64,000 bases of DNA, from assembly GCA_024137785.1 (NCBI GenBank), contig JAHRHZ010000140.1:33708805-33772804 (forward strand), read 5' to 3'. The stretch is from Ginglymostoma cirratum (taxonomy: Eukaryota). The notes beneath the pieces were generated by a model. It was not told the DNA's origin, did no database searches, and was given only the letters and a program-made list of their open reading frames with translations. The stretch's first letter is position 1. Each line of letters begins with the position of its first letter. A program made the translations under genes and the position numbers. This document shows, piece after piece, positions 36,621 to 49,542 of this stretch.

Positions 36621-37308
36621 CATAGAATCCCTTAAGTGCAGATAGAGGCTATTTGGCCCATCAAGTCTGCACTGACTGTGCAAAGAGCATCCCACCCAGA
36701 CACACATCCCCTAACCTATTCCTGTAATCCCACATTTCCCATGGCTAATCCACCTAGCCTGCACATCTCGGGACACTAGTGACCAATTTAGCTTGGCCAC
36801 CTAAGCTACACATCTTTCGACTGTGAGAGGAAACCGGAGCACCCAGTGGAAACCGAGGCAGACATGGGGAGGATGTCCCAGTCATCATTATTGGGCGGCA
36901 CAGTGGCTCAGTGGTTAGCACTGCTGCCTCACAGCTCCAGTGGCCCAGGTTTGATTCCCCCTCGGGCAACTGTCTGTGTGGAGTTTGAACAATCTCCCCA
37001 TGTCTGCGTGGGTTTCCTCCAGGTGCTCCGATTTCCTCCCACAGTCCAAAGGTGTGCAGGCTAGGTGAATTGGCCATGATAAATTGCCCATAGTGTTCAG
37101 GGATGTGTAGATTAGGTGGGTTTGGGGAATGGGTCTGGGTGGGATTCTGAGGGTCGGTGTGGACTTAGGCCGAAGGGCCTGTTTCCACATTGTAGGGGTT
37201 CTATGGTTCTATTCTAATGATGTTCAAACTCCACACAGACAGTCACCCGAGGCTGGAATCGAAACCTGTTCCCTGGCACTGTGAGGCAGCAGTGCTAACC
37301 ACTGTGCT
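36621..37308 (-). mobile_element. HE1-type V-SINE (host copy, split)
   Basis: Tail and core at 36621-36876. The tRNA head resumes at 37218-37308 (caaactccacacagacagtc...gcagcagtgctaaccac). Confidence 0.88.
36893..37217 (+). mobile_element. HE1-type V-SINE nested in the opposite orientation
   Basis: Full head gggcggcacagtggctcagtggttagcactgctgcc through to the tail gggttctatggttctattcta. Confidence 0.9.
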
Positions 37309-37399
37309 GTCTATTTATCCGTTCTGAATTTTTAGATCATTAAGGGGAAATTCAGACCTTTTTTGACATCAGCAATCTGAACTTTTCACTCTAGCCATA

Positions 37400-37960
37400 T
37401 TTTACCAAATTTCTTACTATTGTCCATGCCAAGCTGGGAAAACTTTGACCTATGAGAAGACATAGATGGGAGGTCGTTTTCCAGAAATGCCTTTCCCCAC
37501 TCAAGTCCTCATGACATCATCTAATTGGGTGGAATTTAAAGCAGTCTCCAGCATTAACCGTTTCAGAACTGTTACATTATACCACATAGTCTTTCTCCTA
37601 ATGTTGCTAAGATCCTCTCCACAATGCCCTGGTTTCTATCCTAGAGTGCTGCCAAAACATCTTGCTTTATAATAAGAAATATTCTACGTTGTTGTTAAAG
37701 TCAGATGTGGGGTATTCACTTCCTTAATTGCTTTGTGTGTCAGTTTTTGAGTTGGCATCAGGTTGCCCCATGATGCTTGTTTTGCAGTTCAATGTTAATA
37801 CCCGATCTGTCACTCTCAACTCATTTAGTTGCAGGAGGAAGAATTATTGGTTGGCTATCAGGATAGATTGATGGCTTGATGAAATCCTGGTTGCATTGAT
37901 CCTCCTTAGAACACATCCAGTCCATGGTGGCTGACTTTTGCTATCTCCTTTCAAATCAAC
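37400..37960 (-). mobile_element. Ty3/Gypsy RT N-terminal remnant, highly decayed
   Basis: Minus-strand order SIYPDSQPIILPP, INIELQ..HHG, RIFL..QDVLAAL, VERILATLG, QLDD, GKAFL..LP.MSS..KFSQ parallels Gypsy RT motifs. Homologous to 6365-6455. Confidence 0.45.
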
Positions 37961-40900
37961 CACCTCTTCCTAGGCTTGATGTATTTTTGGAGGGAGATGA
38001 ATCAGCCCCTTAAATTGTTGACCTATTCTCCTTGGCACCTTACATTTTAACATCTAGTGTATCAACATTGCTTTCTACATTGTGTAATACTAAATTTAAC
38101 AGCATTTTTGATCTTCTGCTTGCTATCCACAAGGGCAGTCATTATAAGGCACTTTAATATGGACGTTAAAGCTGGAATCAGTCCGATTTAATAGTTGGCA
38201 AATAGTAATTGATCAAAGCACCAGTCTTTGGAGAAAATGTGGGATGACATTCAGGATAGCTTAATCAAAATCTGTAAGCCAGCTGTAAAAGTGAGCTGGA
38301 GAAAATCAGATCTTTTATCATGTAAAATACTGAGATAATGATTTGGCTGAACTAAGAATAAACAAAGGATTTGTATCTTCACAATAAATACCTGAGGGGA
38401 AAGGACTAGTTGCGGGAAGAAGCAAAGTTCCTTGTATCATCGTAAAGTTTAATGGTAGAAGATAAATATTGCAGATATTGTGGCCAAAGTTTTCCCTTTA
38501 GAGGTCGGACTTGGGAGTTGACATTAATTTTAATGTCACAATTTTGCTTCCATCCTGGCACCGCCTGCAGCTGAGCTCTTCATGTTTTAGAAGTTGGGAT
38601 GGCCTTGAGTCAGAGATGATATTAGAGACTGGCCAATACTGAAGCAGCCATGTTGAGATACATGTCTGTTTCTAGAAAAAATATTCAGTTTATTATAGTG
38701 TACCGAGAGATGTGTAAAGTCCTACTGACCCTCAACCCTTGCCTCAGTTACCGACTCCCTTCTTGACTCCCGTCCACCCTTTCACCCCTTCCCCCATTCT
38801 CTTCCTAGGGTCCACATTATAAATAGAGCTTAGCAGCCTCAAATTAACATTTAGGAAAGGTCATAAATCTGTCAAAGTAAAATACATCTCTTAACGGGCA
38901 ATCCAAAAACTTAGCTCTGAAGAAGCTGGTGAATCTATCAAACCTATCAAACTCACCCTCCCTAGGATAGCTGAATAAATGTATTCAATACTTAAGAACT
39001 CATTAGTGCTTTTGAAGGTGGTCAAAAGCTGATTTATGTGTCAAAGCTTATAAAAAGCTGGCCTAAATGGCCGAGCGGAACTGCACTGAATAAATCAAAG
39101 GAATGGGAAAAGTTGAAACAATAAGCTCTTGTATTCACACAGGTTTAGTTTCTAGCATTTTAAAGTGCACTACAGCACTTTATCCAGTGGAGAATTTATT
39201 CTAATGCATCGTATTGATCTTTGACTCTACAGTTGTTAGAAGTAGCAACCTGGCAACTAAATTATTTATTGCGACTTTTACATTTTCCAATCAATGTACT
39301 ATCAGCACTCGTCTGATACAAATCAGACTACAGAATGCAAGCAATGCTTATTCACTGTTTATGCTCTTTCCACCTTCAATTCAAGCTTCATACCTACCTT
39401 CTCCAAGAGTGATATAAGAGAAATTGCAATCATGACCATCTCTGTGAAAAATATGGAAGTTCTGAAATGCTCACTTCTACGTTGAAGTAATCAGCTTCTA
39501 AATAGAAGCATGTTGGATTCATGGCCTGTCCCTTTTCCTGTGCTGCTAAAATGGCCAGAGATGATCCTTGATGTGGGGTTCCCACTACTGACATTGAGCA
39601 GCCATTATTTTGCCAATGTTTGCTCCGAGGCAGGATCATAAAATCCCAGACTATATTTTCAAGGCCACAAATTTTTCAGTTTAAGTAAAATCTATGTTAT
39701 TGCCCTGACATTAAATTTGATGCATTGCAGCAAACCATACAAAGCAAGCAAACAGTTTTCAAAAATGCTTCACTGCTGCAGAAGATTTTGTATATCCGAA
39801 AGTTGCAAATGGTACGATACAAATATAATTTTGGTCTTTCCTTGTCCCTTAGCAGTCATACCTTGCTTAACATCAGAAATTCTATTCTGGGTTCCAAAGT
39901 ACATTTGAACAAAGGCACAAGATAGCTATTCATTTTTGAAATAAACATAATGAGCCCTAAATTGTAGAGGTCAAGATTTTGTTTTGTTGTGCTCTGCAAT
40001 GCTGACGCTGCCAGAGAATTCTGGGATAGTGGATCTCATATGCTCTCTTGAGAGCACTCTCCTTTCACTCAGCACAAACACACCACAACCCGAATGAGCC
40101 TTTGGTCAGACTGTCTGATACCTGATCTTTTTTTTAGAAAATTAATGGATTCATATTCTGTCCCTTTCCATGTAACAAGAAGACACTTGGAAATGGCAGA
40201 GACCTAGTAGAGTTATTACAGAATGTGAGCCAACTCGGAACAATATTTGGACCGACATATTTGTCCATTAAATACAGAGCATGTGAAAATATCTATTTAA
40301 ATGTCATTCTCTATTTGACAGCAGTTCGTCTCACAGCAAATAAGCAATTTAACTCAAATATTAGATCCCAATAATCCCACTCTGTTACAGCCTTTGTCTC
40401 GATCAACGTCAGTGAAACTTCAGCATGAGTAATGTTCTCTCTCATTGCATAAATGCAGAATTAACGATGGGTAAGATTGATATCTCCGCTGATCAAATAT
40501 TTCAAGCAGTATAGCATCACCCAAAAAAATAGACAATGCATGTAATGAGACCACTCATATCAAAGCCTCTACCATAGTTGCTAAGACAGTGGTATCTTAA
40601 TAGGCTATTATATGTGGCTAGGCAAGTGATATTACAAGGTCAGATTGAGGTCATGCTTGGTTGCTAAGCAAACTTGACCATTGAAAGAAATCACTCTGAA
40701 ATAGGCAGGCTAAGTTCCAGAAGTAAATTTTAGTGAGCACAGAGACAAAGTAGGCAAACCACAATATTAGATATATGCCGTAACCTAAAGCTTTGGGATT
40801 TCCAGTGTTTCATTGAAATGTGCTTTGCAATAAAGTTGTTGCATTGTGGATTTTTTTCCCAGTCAAGTTCAGAAAATACTTAGTCACTTGGGATTGAAGC

Positions 40901-43900
40901 AGACAGTAACCTAATTGATGGTTCGTGTGATGCCATAAACTATGACAGTAAAGCTCAAGATTTGATTACAACCCGAGGTTCTTGCTAGCTGCTATTATTT
41001 ATAACCTAGATCAATTTTTTACATGACTTTTATTAAACTCTTGCCTTAGCATTTGCTGTAAGTGTAGACACCAGCTGTGTCCTCAGTATATGGGTAAAAC
41101 TCACAAGAATTTGACTTCATTATTGTGCAATTATTGAGAAATAATCTGGCATTATTTAAAGAGGTGATAATCTACACAGTTGCACATTAGAAGGATGTAA
41201 TGGTAATTCTCCTCACGCAGAATGAAAAATCAGGGACAGAGGTTAGCACATTCAATTTTTGGTGCTCCAGATATTCATCAATCACTGAAATTGTCAAGCA
41301 AAGCTTTGTAGTCATATTTTGGCCTTGACATTATATTGTGGAAGTAATTGTGTTACGAATGCTTGGCAACTCCTTATACAAGGCCAAAAGTATTTGGACA
41401 AAACAGCTTTAAAACAAGTTAATGCTTTAATTTAAATAGCCAAAAAGGAATTGCTTGAAAACATATTCGGAATTATTGTGTTACCATCTGAAGAGATTAG
41501 TTTAAGAGCCTTTGCCATCATACATCAGTACAGCCAAGCGTTATTTTAAAGCTGTAGACATTTTATGAGGTAAATTTCGTAACAGTTCAGAATGACCATT
41601 CACTGACTACTGGTAATATTGTCTTCACTTGTATTGTCTGATGCTGTTGTAAAACACGACCAAATATTAAAGACCAACACAGGAGAAAAATATATAAAAC
41701 AATGAAATTGGTATTGTCTCCACATTTCCTATGATTTTAGACATTTTTTTCTACTTGGTAAATAAAGCAAAACAGTTTTGAGTAACATAGTATCTGTAAA
41801 TGTTTTACTTTATTCATTACAATAATTGTGTTCATCTAAAATTAGCACAAAATATTTGTTGTTTATGTGGCTTAGGTCATTCAGTAAACTGCGTCTGTGT
41901 GGATAAGATATGTGGTATCATGTCCAGTAAAGACACAGATAAGCAAGATAAAGATACAACCAGACAGTTTAATAGGCCTAGAAATAAAGAGCATTCCAGG
42001 AACCACAAACAAAACATGAATTTATTTCAGGCATAATATATGGCATTTGAGACGCAATGGGTTGACTTTTCCATTGGGCTTTGTGAGTTTGACATTCAGC
42101 ACATGGATGTTATGAACCTGCCAGTGTTGTCTGCATATCACCAGTGCAATCTTCCTGATGGCAGCTTCCTAATTGGCTGCCTTCATGCAGGCTGTCCAAA
42201 TAAAAATGGTGGGCAGTTTCCATGACAGAAGGACTACGGGATGTCAAGCTGGCAGTCCTACCAGATCAAACAAATATTGCTGAGGTAGTCAAGTGAGTGA
42301 GAGCCCACCTCAACCTTGCTATCCTTCTAGAGGAGCAGTGATGGACATGGTTATAGATGTTCAGCCCTTCTGGCCCATCATTTGTGTCTGGAGTCTGAGC
42401 TGTAACAGCCTGCCACAGGGGAAGCTGCGTCCATTAACTTGATGGTCTCCATATTCAACAGGCAAACAGGTGCTTTATGATCCTTCAGTGAGGCCTTAGT
42501 AATCCCTTGTTGTCACTTACAGCCCACTTCTGTGGAGTAAGGAGCTGACCAAGGTCCCAGCTTGGAGCTGGGCAAGTATTCCAAAAGTGGGAACACATTG
42601 TTGAGTTATGCCAATGTTGCTTCACCTTATTTTCCCTTAACCATTCCACCAAAAGGTGCCAGCAGCCTCATTATATTGACACCTACTATTTTACGTCAAA
42701 ATAACCAAAAAAGATTACATTTGAGCCAATACTTTGAATATGATGTTATAAAAGCTATGACAAGTCAGCTAGACCCAAACAGTGCATTCCACTGAGCAAC
42801 ATTCCAATATTTCTTTCTGTGTGGTTTAAAGTATTTATTTTCCAAGTCATCCCAATACCAACATCACAAATCATTGCAAGCATACAGCAATGGGAAGAAG
42901 GAAAAACCCAAATACATTATTTTAATAAATTAACTCTTAAAAAACACAGAAGTGATTTTAACTAATTGTTTGAAATGAGGAAGCTAAGGCTGACTATCTA
43001 ATATATATTTCTGTGGGAAATGGTCCCATGATTTTTTCAGCTATTCCGAGTGAGAACAAAATGCAAAATATTTGCATTTGTCTTTAAATGTAAGTGTTTT
43101 ACAATAAGTGGAAAGGTGATATTTAACATGGATAATTAAGTCACCTTTTTGGCTCTTTACACGTGAAGTAAAGGTACATTGCATGGCAATATTTGCCATT
43201 GTTTTGGCTTGATTTGACAGTTTCCCACCAGTTTTTGTGTCTTCTGCTATTTGCTAACAGACGCAGTTAACTCAACCCATTACCAAAGGTGCAAATATAT
43301 TCAAAAATTTAAAAAGTTGTACTATGGCATAAAGGGTAGGAGTTCTTTTGTGTGGTGTTAAATAAAGAGAAAGTTAAACCTTCAACTTCAAGACGCAGTT
43401 ACATGGATTTAATTTAAATGAAAGTAAGGTCATTGAGGGTCATTTTGGGAGAAATGTAAAATGATCCATTTATGATGGCAGTGTTAAATTCTCACAGCCA
43501 TATGGTGCCAAAACCTGCTATAACCCACAAGAGGGTTTATTGAGCGGACAGATGGACCCTGATAGACAGCCTGTCTAAAGCCATCTGCTGAAACTAGTTT
43601 GGGATTGCTCTGACAATGCCTGATGCATTGATCATTAACCCTATTCTAACATTGTGGCAAAGCAATGATTAATGTGAAATTTAATCCAAGGGACACAAAT
43701 CAGTTTATCAATCTACTTTTATAGGTCCTCCAGAAGCAATAGACACACCATGTGTCCAGTGCACTGTGCAAAACCCTAGTAGGGATAGGAAGAAAAGTAC
43801 AATTGATAAGTAACCAGCCATCCTTTTAATTGTATAAAAAATACAAATGATGAGCTCTAATGAGAAAATAATTTAATATGTTCAAAATGTCAACTAAAAA

Positions 43901-44969
43901 TCACAAATACTCTTACCTATTTATTAGTGGTATCCATAATTGTTAGGTTTTTTTTGTCATGAGGTTGTAAAAAGAATCCTATTGTCTAAGCCGGACTGAT
44001 TGTTTCCTAATAGGTGTAATCTTTGAGCAAGCTGGGTCACTTTTTCTTGAAAAGAGAGGCTGAGGGGTCACTAATGGACTTTCTAAATTTATCAACCATT
44101 CTGATGGAACAGACACAGAGGGCTGGACTTTTCTGGCCTTGTGGAGATGGAGTGAGGGGTGGAAAAGAGGTCATTAAAACAGGGGACAGTGTGTCAGATA
44201 GTTCCCTGATCCATGACTACTCCTAGGACGGTGTCCCAGAGGGTGGGGAGGGGAATGACTCACTGACGCTGGCAGCCAATTAGGGTAACTATGGTCCCAC
44301 TTAGGCCTATTTTGCAGTAGTGTCAGCATTTTTCCAAAGTCAGAGTGGCTCATCCACCAGGTATATAGGCTACCAGCTCATTGAAGGTAGAAGTCAGCAC
44401 TAGGCTCCATGGCCTAATAGTAAGGCCTTAGGGACCAAAGGCCTCTACATCATTCATCACTGTTTTTACTAAGGGTTTTTCCTTCCACCCCAAAGATCCT
44501 GCCTGCTTAGAACATTTTTCTTGATTTCTCTTGCTGGCCTCAGCAACACTTGAGTCACGTGGTTGATGTACCAGTCCAATATCATAGTGGGACATCTGAG
44601 TTAGCCTATGCTCCATCATCCACGTGCTGTCCTGAACTGGAGGGGGCTCCCAGAAGCAGCTTTCTAGTTGACAGCATCTCCAAAGATGGGGACTAGTTTC
44701 CTACCACAGCCGCTTCTGTATTCCCAATATGAATTTATCAGCGTACAATATTGCACAAAGTCCAAATGAAGTACCGTCTTATCAGCACAAAGAAACTCTG
44801 GATTCTAAACACATCCTGGAGTTGACAATATTTTGCCTACCATAGTGATGTTCACAGAAGAGATTGAGACAAGCAGATACGGAATGAATATTTTGTTGAC
44901 CATGATGAATAGTTAGGTGGAAAGAGCTCAGTACTTGCATCAATTGCATTCATTTGGATTTAGCTGATT

Positions 44970-45195
44970 CAATCACAACATCATACAGTGCAGAAAAGGC
45001 CCTTCAGCCCATCAAGTCTGCACTGACAATAGCTACCAATAAAGGTGCAGTAATCCCAATTTACCTGCGCTTTTCCCATATCTTTGAATGTTATGATATT
45101 TCAAGTGCTCATCCAAATATTTTTTGAAGATTGTACAATTTCTGGCCTCCACTCCCTTCCCAGACAGTACATGCCAGATTCCTACCAACCGCTGT
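44970..45195 (-). mobile_element. CR1 LINE 3' end
   Basis: catacagtgcagaaaaggcccttcagcccatc...caagtgctcatccaaata...gcctccac..ccttccca..ccagattcctaccaacc. Confidence 0.75.
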
Positions 45196-45226
45196 CAACC
45201 TTCATTTGAATTGTACCAGATTAGAT

Positions 45227-45535
45227 GGTTCTTGTGACACAGTGATAATGTCCCTTCCTCTGAGCCAGGAGGCCTGGGTTCAAGGTCCCACCTGCTCCAG
45301 AGGCGTGTAATGATATCTCTGATCAGGTTGATTCTTTTTCTTTTATATGCAGAAATACTATTGCACACAACCAATAGCTTTTTCCACCACCGAATCACAA
45401 GTCAATTTTCACCTCCTAACAAGCCCAATTAAATCATCTGTGTTTCCAATTGTTCAGTTTATGTGCAGAGCCCATTAAGGGCCATGCAATAACATTAAAG
45501 GTTAGGGACTGATCAGGTTGATTAGAAAATATCTG
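45227..45535 (+). mobile_element. Short tRNA(Gln-like)-derived SINE interrupted by a 175-bp insert
   Basis: Matches 17092-17207. Its 3' end ctgatcaggttgatt is duplicated at 45319-33 and 45509-23. Confidence 0.7.
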
Positions 45536-46380
45536 ATATCGGTGTTAGGTGCTTCTGGATGCCTAAGGCAGTTGAAGTAGGAAATTAAAACAACCAGCCT
45601 CTCAATTTAAGCAGTAAATACCTGTGACAAATGAGGGGTCAATAGATCTGTAACCTATTAGACCTTTCAGGGCTGTATATCAGCAATTGGTTTATGGACT
45701 TTTACGTCAAAATTGCATGTGCCCTGGAGTTAATGCAGAAAACCTTGCTCCATTCAACATTCATATGCAATGCTAGGAGCACGGATGTGCTTTGAATTCT
45801 AGTTCTGAAAATTGGCATAATTTATTTCTTTGACGAAGCCAAACCAAAAAGAATAAATCAGTGTCCGTGTGTGCATTGGAAATTATTAACGATGATTGAA
45901 AAGCACCTTCTGCAGTTGTAATACTTAAAAGATACAGCACACTATCTGAAGCAGTCACACAGATTCAACTTGTCATCATCTGTCACATAACTTCAATGCC
46001 AGATTCAAGAACTCAACAGCTTGATTAAACTGAGGCAGAGATCTATTTGAATACTTTGCGAAAGTGGTTGTTGCTGCTCGCACAATAAAGACCTGAAACA
46101 TTTACTGTTCAGGCTGGGCAAGCACATGACTTTGGAGCTGTTTCATGACAATATGAGGTTTAGTTCCAGGTTACAGTTTTACACAGAGCTGCACGCTGCA
46201 AGTCACTCTGTACCTACTTTCTCAGACCAGTAACTCTTAGCAAAATCGGGCATGCACGAGGATTTGAGGAAAAGCATGATTTACCACTTCTGTTTACTCC
46301 TGAAAAATCCATGTGAAAACATTAAGTGAGTGCAGGATTGATATCTTCAATGCTTTATTCCACAATTGCACACATTGTGT

Positions 46381-46698
46381 TTTTTTTTTAATTATTCATG
46401 GGATGAGGGCATCACTGGCTAGGTAATGTCTATTGTCTATCCCTAATTGCCCAGAGGACAGTTAAGATTCAGCCACATTGCTGTTGACGAGGTAAGGATT
46501 TTAGTTTCCTTCTCTAAAGGACATTAGTGAACCAGGTGGGTTTTCCCCAACAATTGATTCTTAGTCATTAGACACTTTTAAAATTACATTCAAATTCCAC
46601 CATGTACCACAGCAGGATTTGAACCTGAGTCCTCAAGACATTACCTGGATCACTAGATTAACAGTCTAGTGATATTACCACTAGGCCATCACCTCCCC
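46381..46698 (-). mobile_element. tRNA-derived SINE (second family), near full length
   Basis: Minus head ggggaggtgaTGGCCTAGTGGt (A box), GGTTCAAATCC (B box), LINE-like tail gccagtgatgccctcatcccatgaat followed by an A run. Confidence 0.85.
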
Positions 46699-47024
46699 AC
46701 TCTGTGGGCTTGTATGAAGAACAGTGAGTTATTTTGATGCAGTATTGGATGATCATCTTCAAGAGTAGAAGGAAAATCAAGAGCTCGCGCTGGGAGAGCT
46801 GGCAGTGGTTCAAGAATTCAATTCTAAGAGGTTATGAGTTTTGCATTGTTTGCTTAACTGAGGCATGGCATTAACATTCTTCTTCCCAGTTTCCTGACCA
46901 GTCACAGAATACAGGTGCACGACAGCATGCACTTTCTGTTGCACTCCAATTTAGAGGAACTACACAAGAGGGTCAGAACAACTCACTTTCATTGAGAATG
47001 CAACAGAGAGAAGAACAGATGCAG

Positions 47025-47560
47025 AATCTAGGAAAGCTGTCCCTTGGTTCTTTAACACTTACTTGGAACCCATGAAGTGGGCTGACAGGGTCTGCAGATG
47101 GTAAAAACATGCAGACTTGCAAACCAACAGGAGTTAACAGCAATAGCAAGAGTGTATGCCTCACATCTGGATTCAGAACTTCAAAAGTTTCATCGACCTC
47201 ATTAAGGCAGGAAAGGTGATGGACATCCCATTCAAGTGCCAAGTTTACATTTTGAATTGCCCAGAGGTCTCCTGCACAACAGTCCTCAGGGTAATATACC
47301 CTGCAGCTTCACGCACTCCTCTCTGTCGAGGTATGTCATCACATTCCCACCCAAACTGCCCCACGTGCCCACAACTTATTGCAATCTCACACAGTCCTAC
47401 ACAGTCACCCTCCATAACTGTCATCATACCGTCGTCTCCACACAATCTACTTCTCACATCCATAGCTGTCTCTCTCAATGCAGGAGAGGTGAGTGCAGAA
47501 CTTCAGGGAGAGATGGTAAACCAGTGGGCGACTATTCAAAATAGCCACCATCACCGCAGT
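47025..47560 (+). mobile_element. Harbinger-type Myb/SANT gene remnant
   Basis: KAVPWFFNTYLEP...WIQNFKSFIDLIKAGK|GT at 47216. Acceptor CAG at 47481-83 is followed by ER*VQNFRE (cf. EK.AHN.RE). Confidence 0.6.
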
Positions 47561-47989
47561 GGAGAAGGAGGAAGAGGAGGCTAAGGAGAGCAGAAGATTG
47601 TCCAAACCCAAGGCAAATGGTGAGGAAGAAATACTGATCTCCCAGATACCTGATGGAAAATTAGACCGCTACATGACCCATTGAATAGGAAGCTACTCTC
47701 CCCTGGCCCCAGATTCCATTCAAAGCCTTTGAAGATTTTAGACTTAACCATATCTAATAGCATTAAAGTCAATGAACAACAGAACTGCCACATTCAAGGA
47801 ATCTTGTATGTTCAAGCTCATCTGCTTATTAGCAATTGTGAGGAGGATGCCAGAAGGATAATCCAAGCTGCTAGGGAGGATGGGGAGTCAAAAGCATTTT
47901 CTACAAATTCTCTGGCTAAGAAACACTTACAGATTTATTTTGATACATTCATTACCAGAGCATTACCAGAAGTGCTTCCAATTTTCCTA

Positions 47990-48285
47990 CGCTTAATTGT
48001 CCTTGAGTCACTTTCTCGAACTGCTGCCACCCATGTGGTGTAGATATACCCACGGTGCTACTTAGAAGGGAGTCCCAGAATTTTGACCATGTGACAGTGA
48101 CAATAAAAATGTATTTCCAGGCCAGGGTGGCTTGTGAACTAAGGGGTCATTGCCAGCAGTGATTCTTCCTTGTATCTTCTGTCTTGTTCTTCTAGGCAAG
48201 AGAGGTTTCAGATTTGTACAGTGCTGTCTCAGGAGTCTTGGTGAGTTGCTGTAGTGCATCTTATAGACAGTTCTCATTTCTGGTG
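47990..48285 (-). mobile_element. LINE ORF2 3' fragment (same family as 21195-21372)
   Basis: acggtgctacttagaagggagtcccagaattttgacc is the reverse complement of the 21205-21245 motif. gagtcttggtgagttgctgtagtgcatcttatagac is also present. Confidence 0.65.
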
Positions 48286-48959
48286 GGCGGAGGTGACTGT
48301 AAATGGTATTGATTGAAGAGTGTCTCTGTAGTAACCTAGAAGGCTTGTAGGCATAAATCTCAACAAGGTTGATGGGTTTTAAACAAATATTTAGTGATGA
48401 ATGATTGAATTTGTTTCAATCATTAATTTTTTAAAATATATTCAGGCATGGTCATTTATTCACTCACTCATTAAACATTTGAAAGGCATCTTGTGAATAT
48501 ATGCTGTGTGCTAACTATTTGGTTGAGAGTTTGGAGTTTTTTACTGTCCTTACAGACAGAAAATTACTAACCTGTATGTTTTATTATATTGCTGCATTTT
48601 AGGAAACACTTATCTGTGACCCGGGGAGCCAGTGATATTGTTGGGAAGATGGCTTCAGGTTGTTTTAAATTGAGTCTGTAGGTTTGAAACTCAACTGATG
48701 TCGTGTAACAAGATTTAACAGGGACAAGTTGGACTGTGGTCTTAAGGCAGAGCTTCTCAAAGTGATGAGCTGAAATTTTGTGAAGCTGAACTCTAAGGGA
48801 GGAATGGTCCCTGGGGAGCTTAAACTGAGTTTTAACAACCGTGCTCCCTCTTTAACCTCAAAAGGGGTTAAAGTGGGAAAAGGTTTGGAAAGCACTGTCT
48901 TAAGGTTTACAGCGAGGTCAGCAGTTAAAGATCACAACACTAATACTAATTTATTTTAA

Positions 48960-49542
48960 AATGAAAGATGGTGACTTGTAAGGCTCTATGTTGGTTCTGA
49001 TTAAAGGTGTTTACACTTCAGTAAGGTAAAATGCATTAAAAAGGAACTGAAATCTATACTGATATTTTGCATTTTTTTATTCATTCATGTGATGAGGACA
49101 TTACTGGTTAAGTCAGTATTTATTGCCCATCCTTAGTTGCCCAGAGGACAGTTAAGAGTCAACCACATTACTATGGTTCTGGAGTTACATGTATGTTAGA
49201 CCAAGTAAGGATTGCAGTTTCTTTCCCTGAAGGATGTTAGTGAACCAAATGGGTTTTTTTTGCCTGATGAGAAACAGTAGCTTCATGGTCATCATTGGAT
49301 TCTTAATTCCAGATGTTTATTGAACCTAAATTCTACCATCTGCTGTGGCAGAGTTTGAGCCTGGGTTCTGAGAACATTACCTGGGTCTCTGGATTAACAT
49401 TCCAGTGATAATGCCACTAGGCCACAACTCCAGTCCCTCAATGAAAGATGGTGACTGGTAAGGCCGTATATTGGGTCTGATTAAATGTGTTTACTCTTCA
49501 GTAAGGTAAAATGTATTTAAAAACACTGAAATCTATACTGAT
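48960..49542 (+). repeat. ~103-bp direct duplication flanking a SINE
   Basis: 48960-49063 vs 49440-49542, with 7 mismatches in the first 60 bp and roughly 89% identity overall by manual count. Confidence 0.9.
49072..49432 (-). mobile_element. tRNA-derived SINE (second family), full length
   Basis: Colinear with 46381-46698 and retains the segment that is deleted there. Confidence 0.85.
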
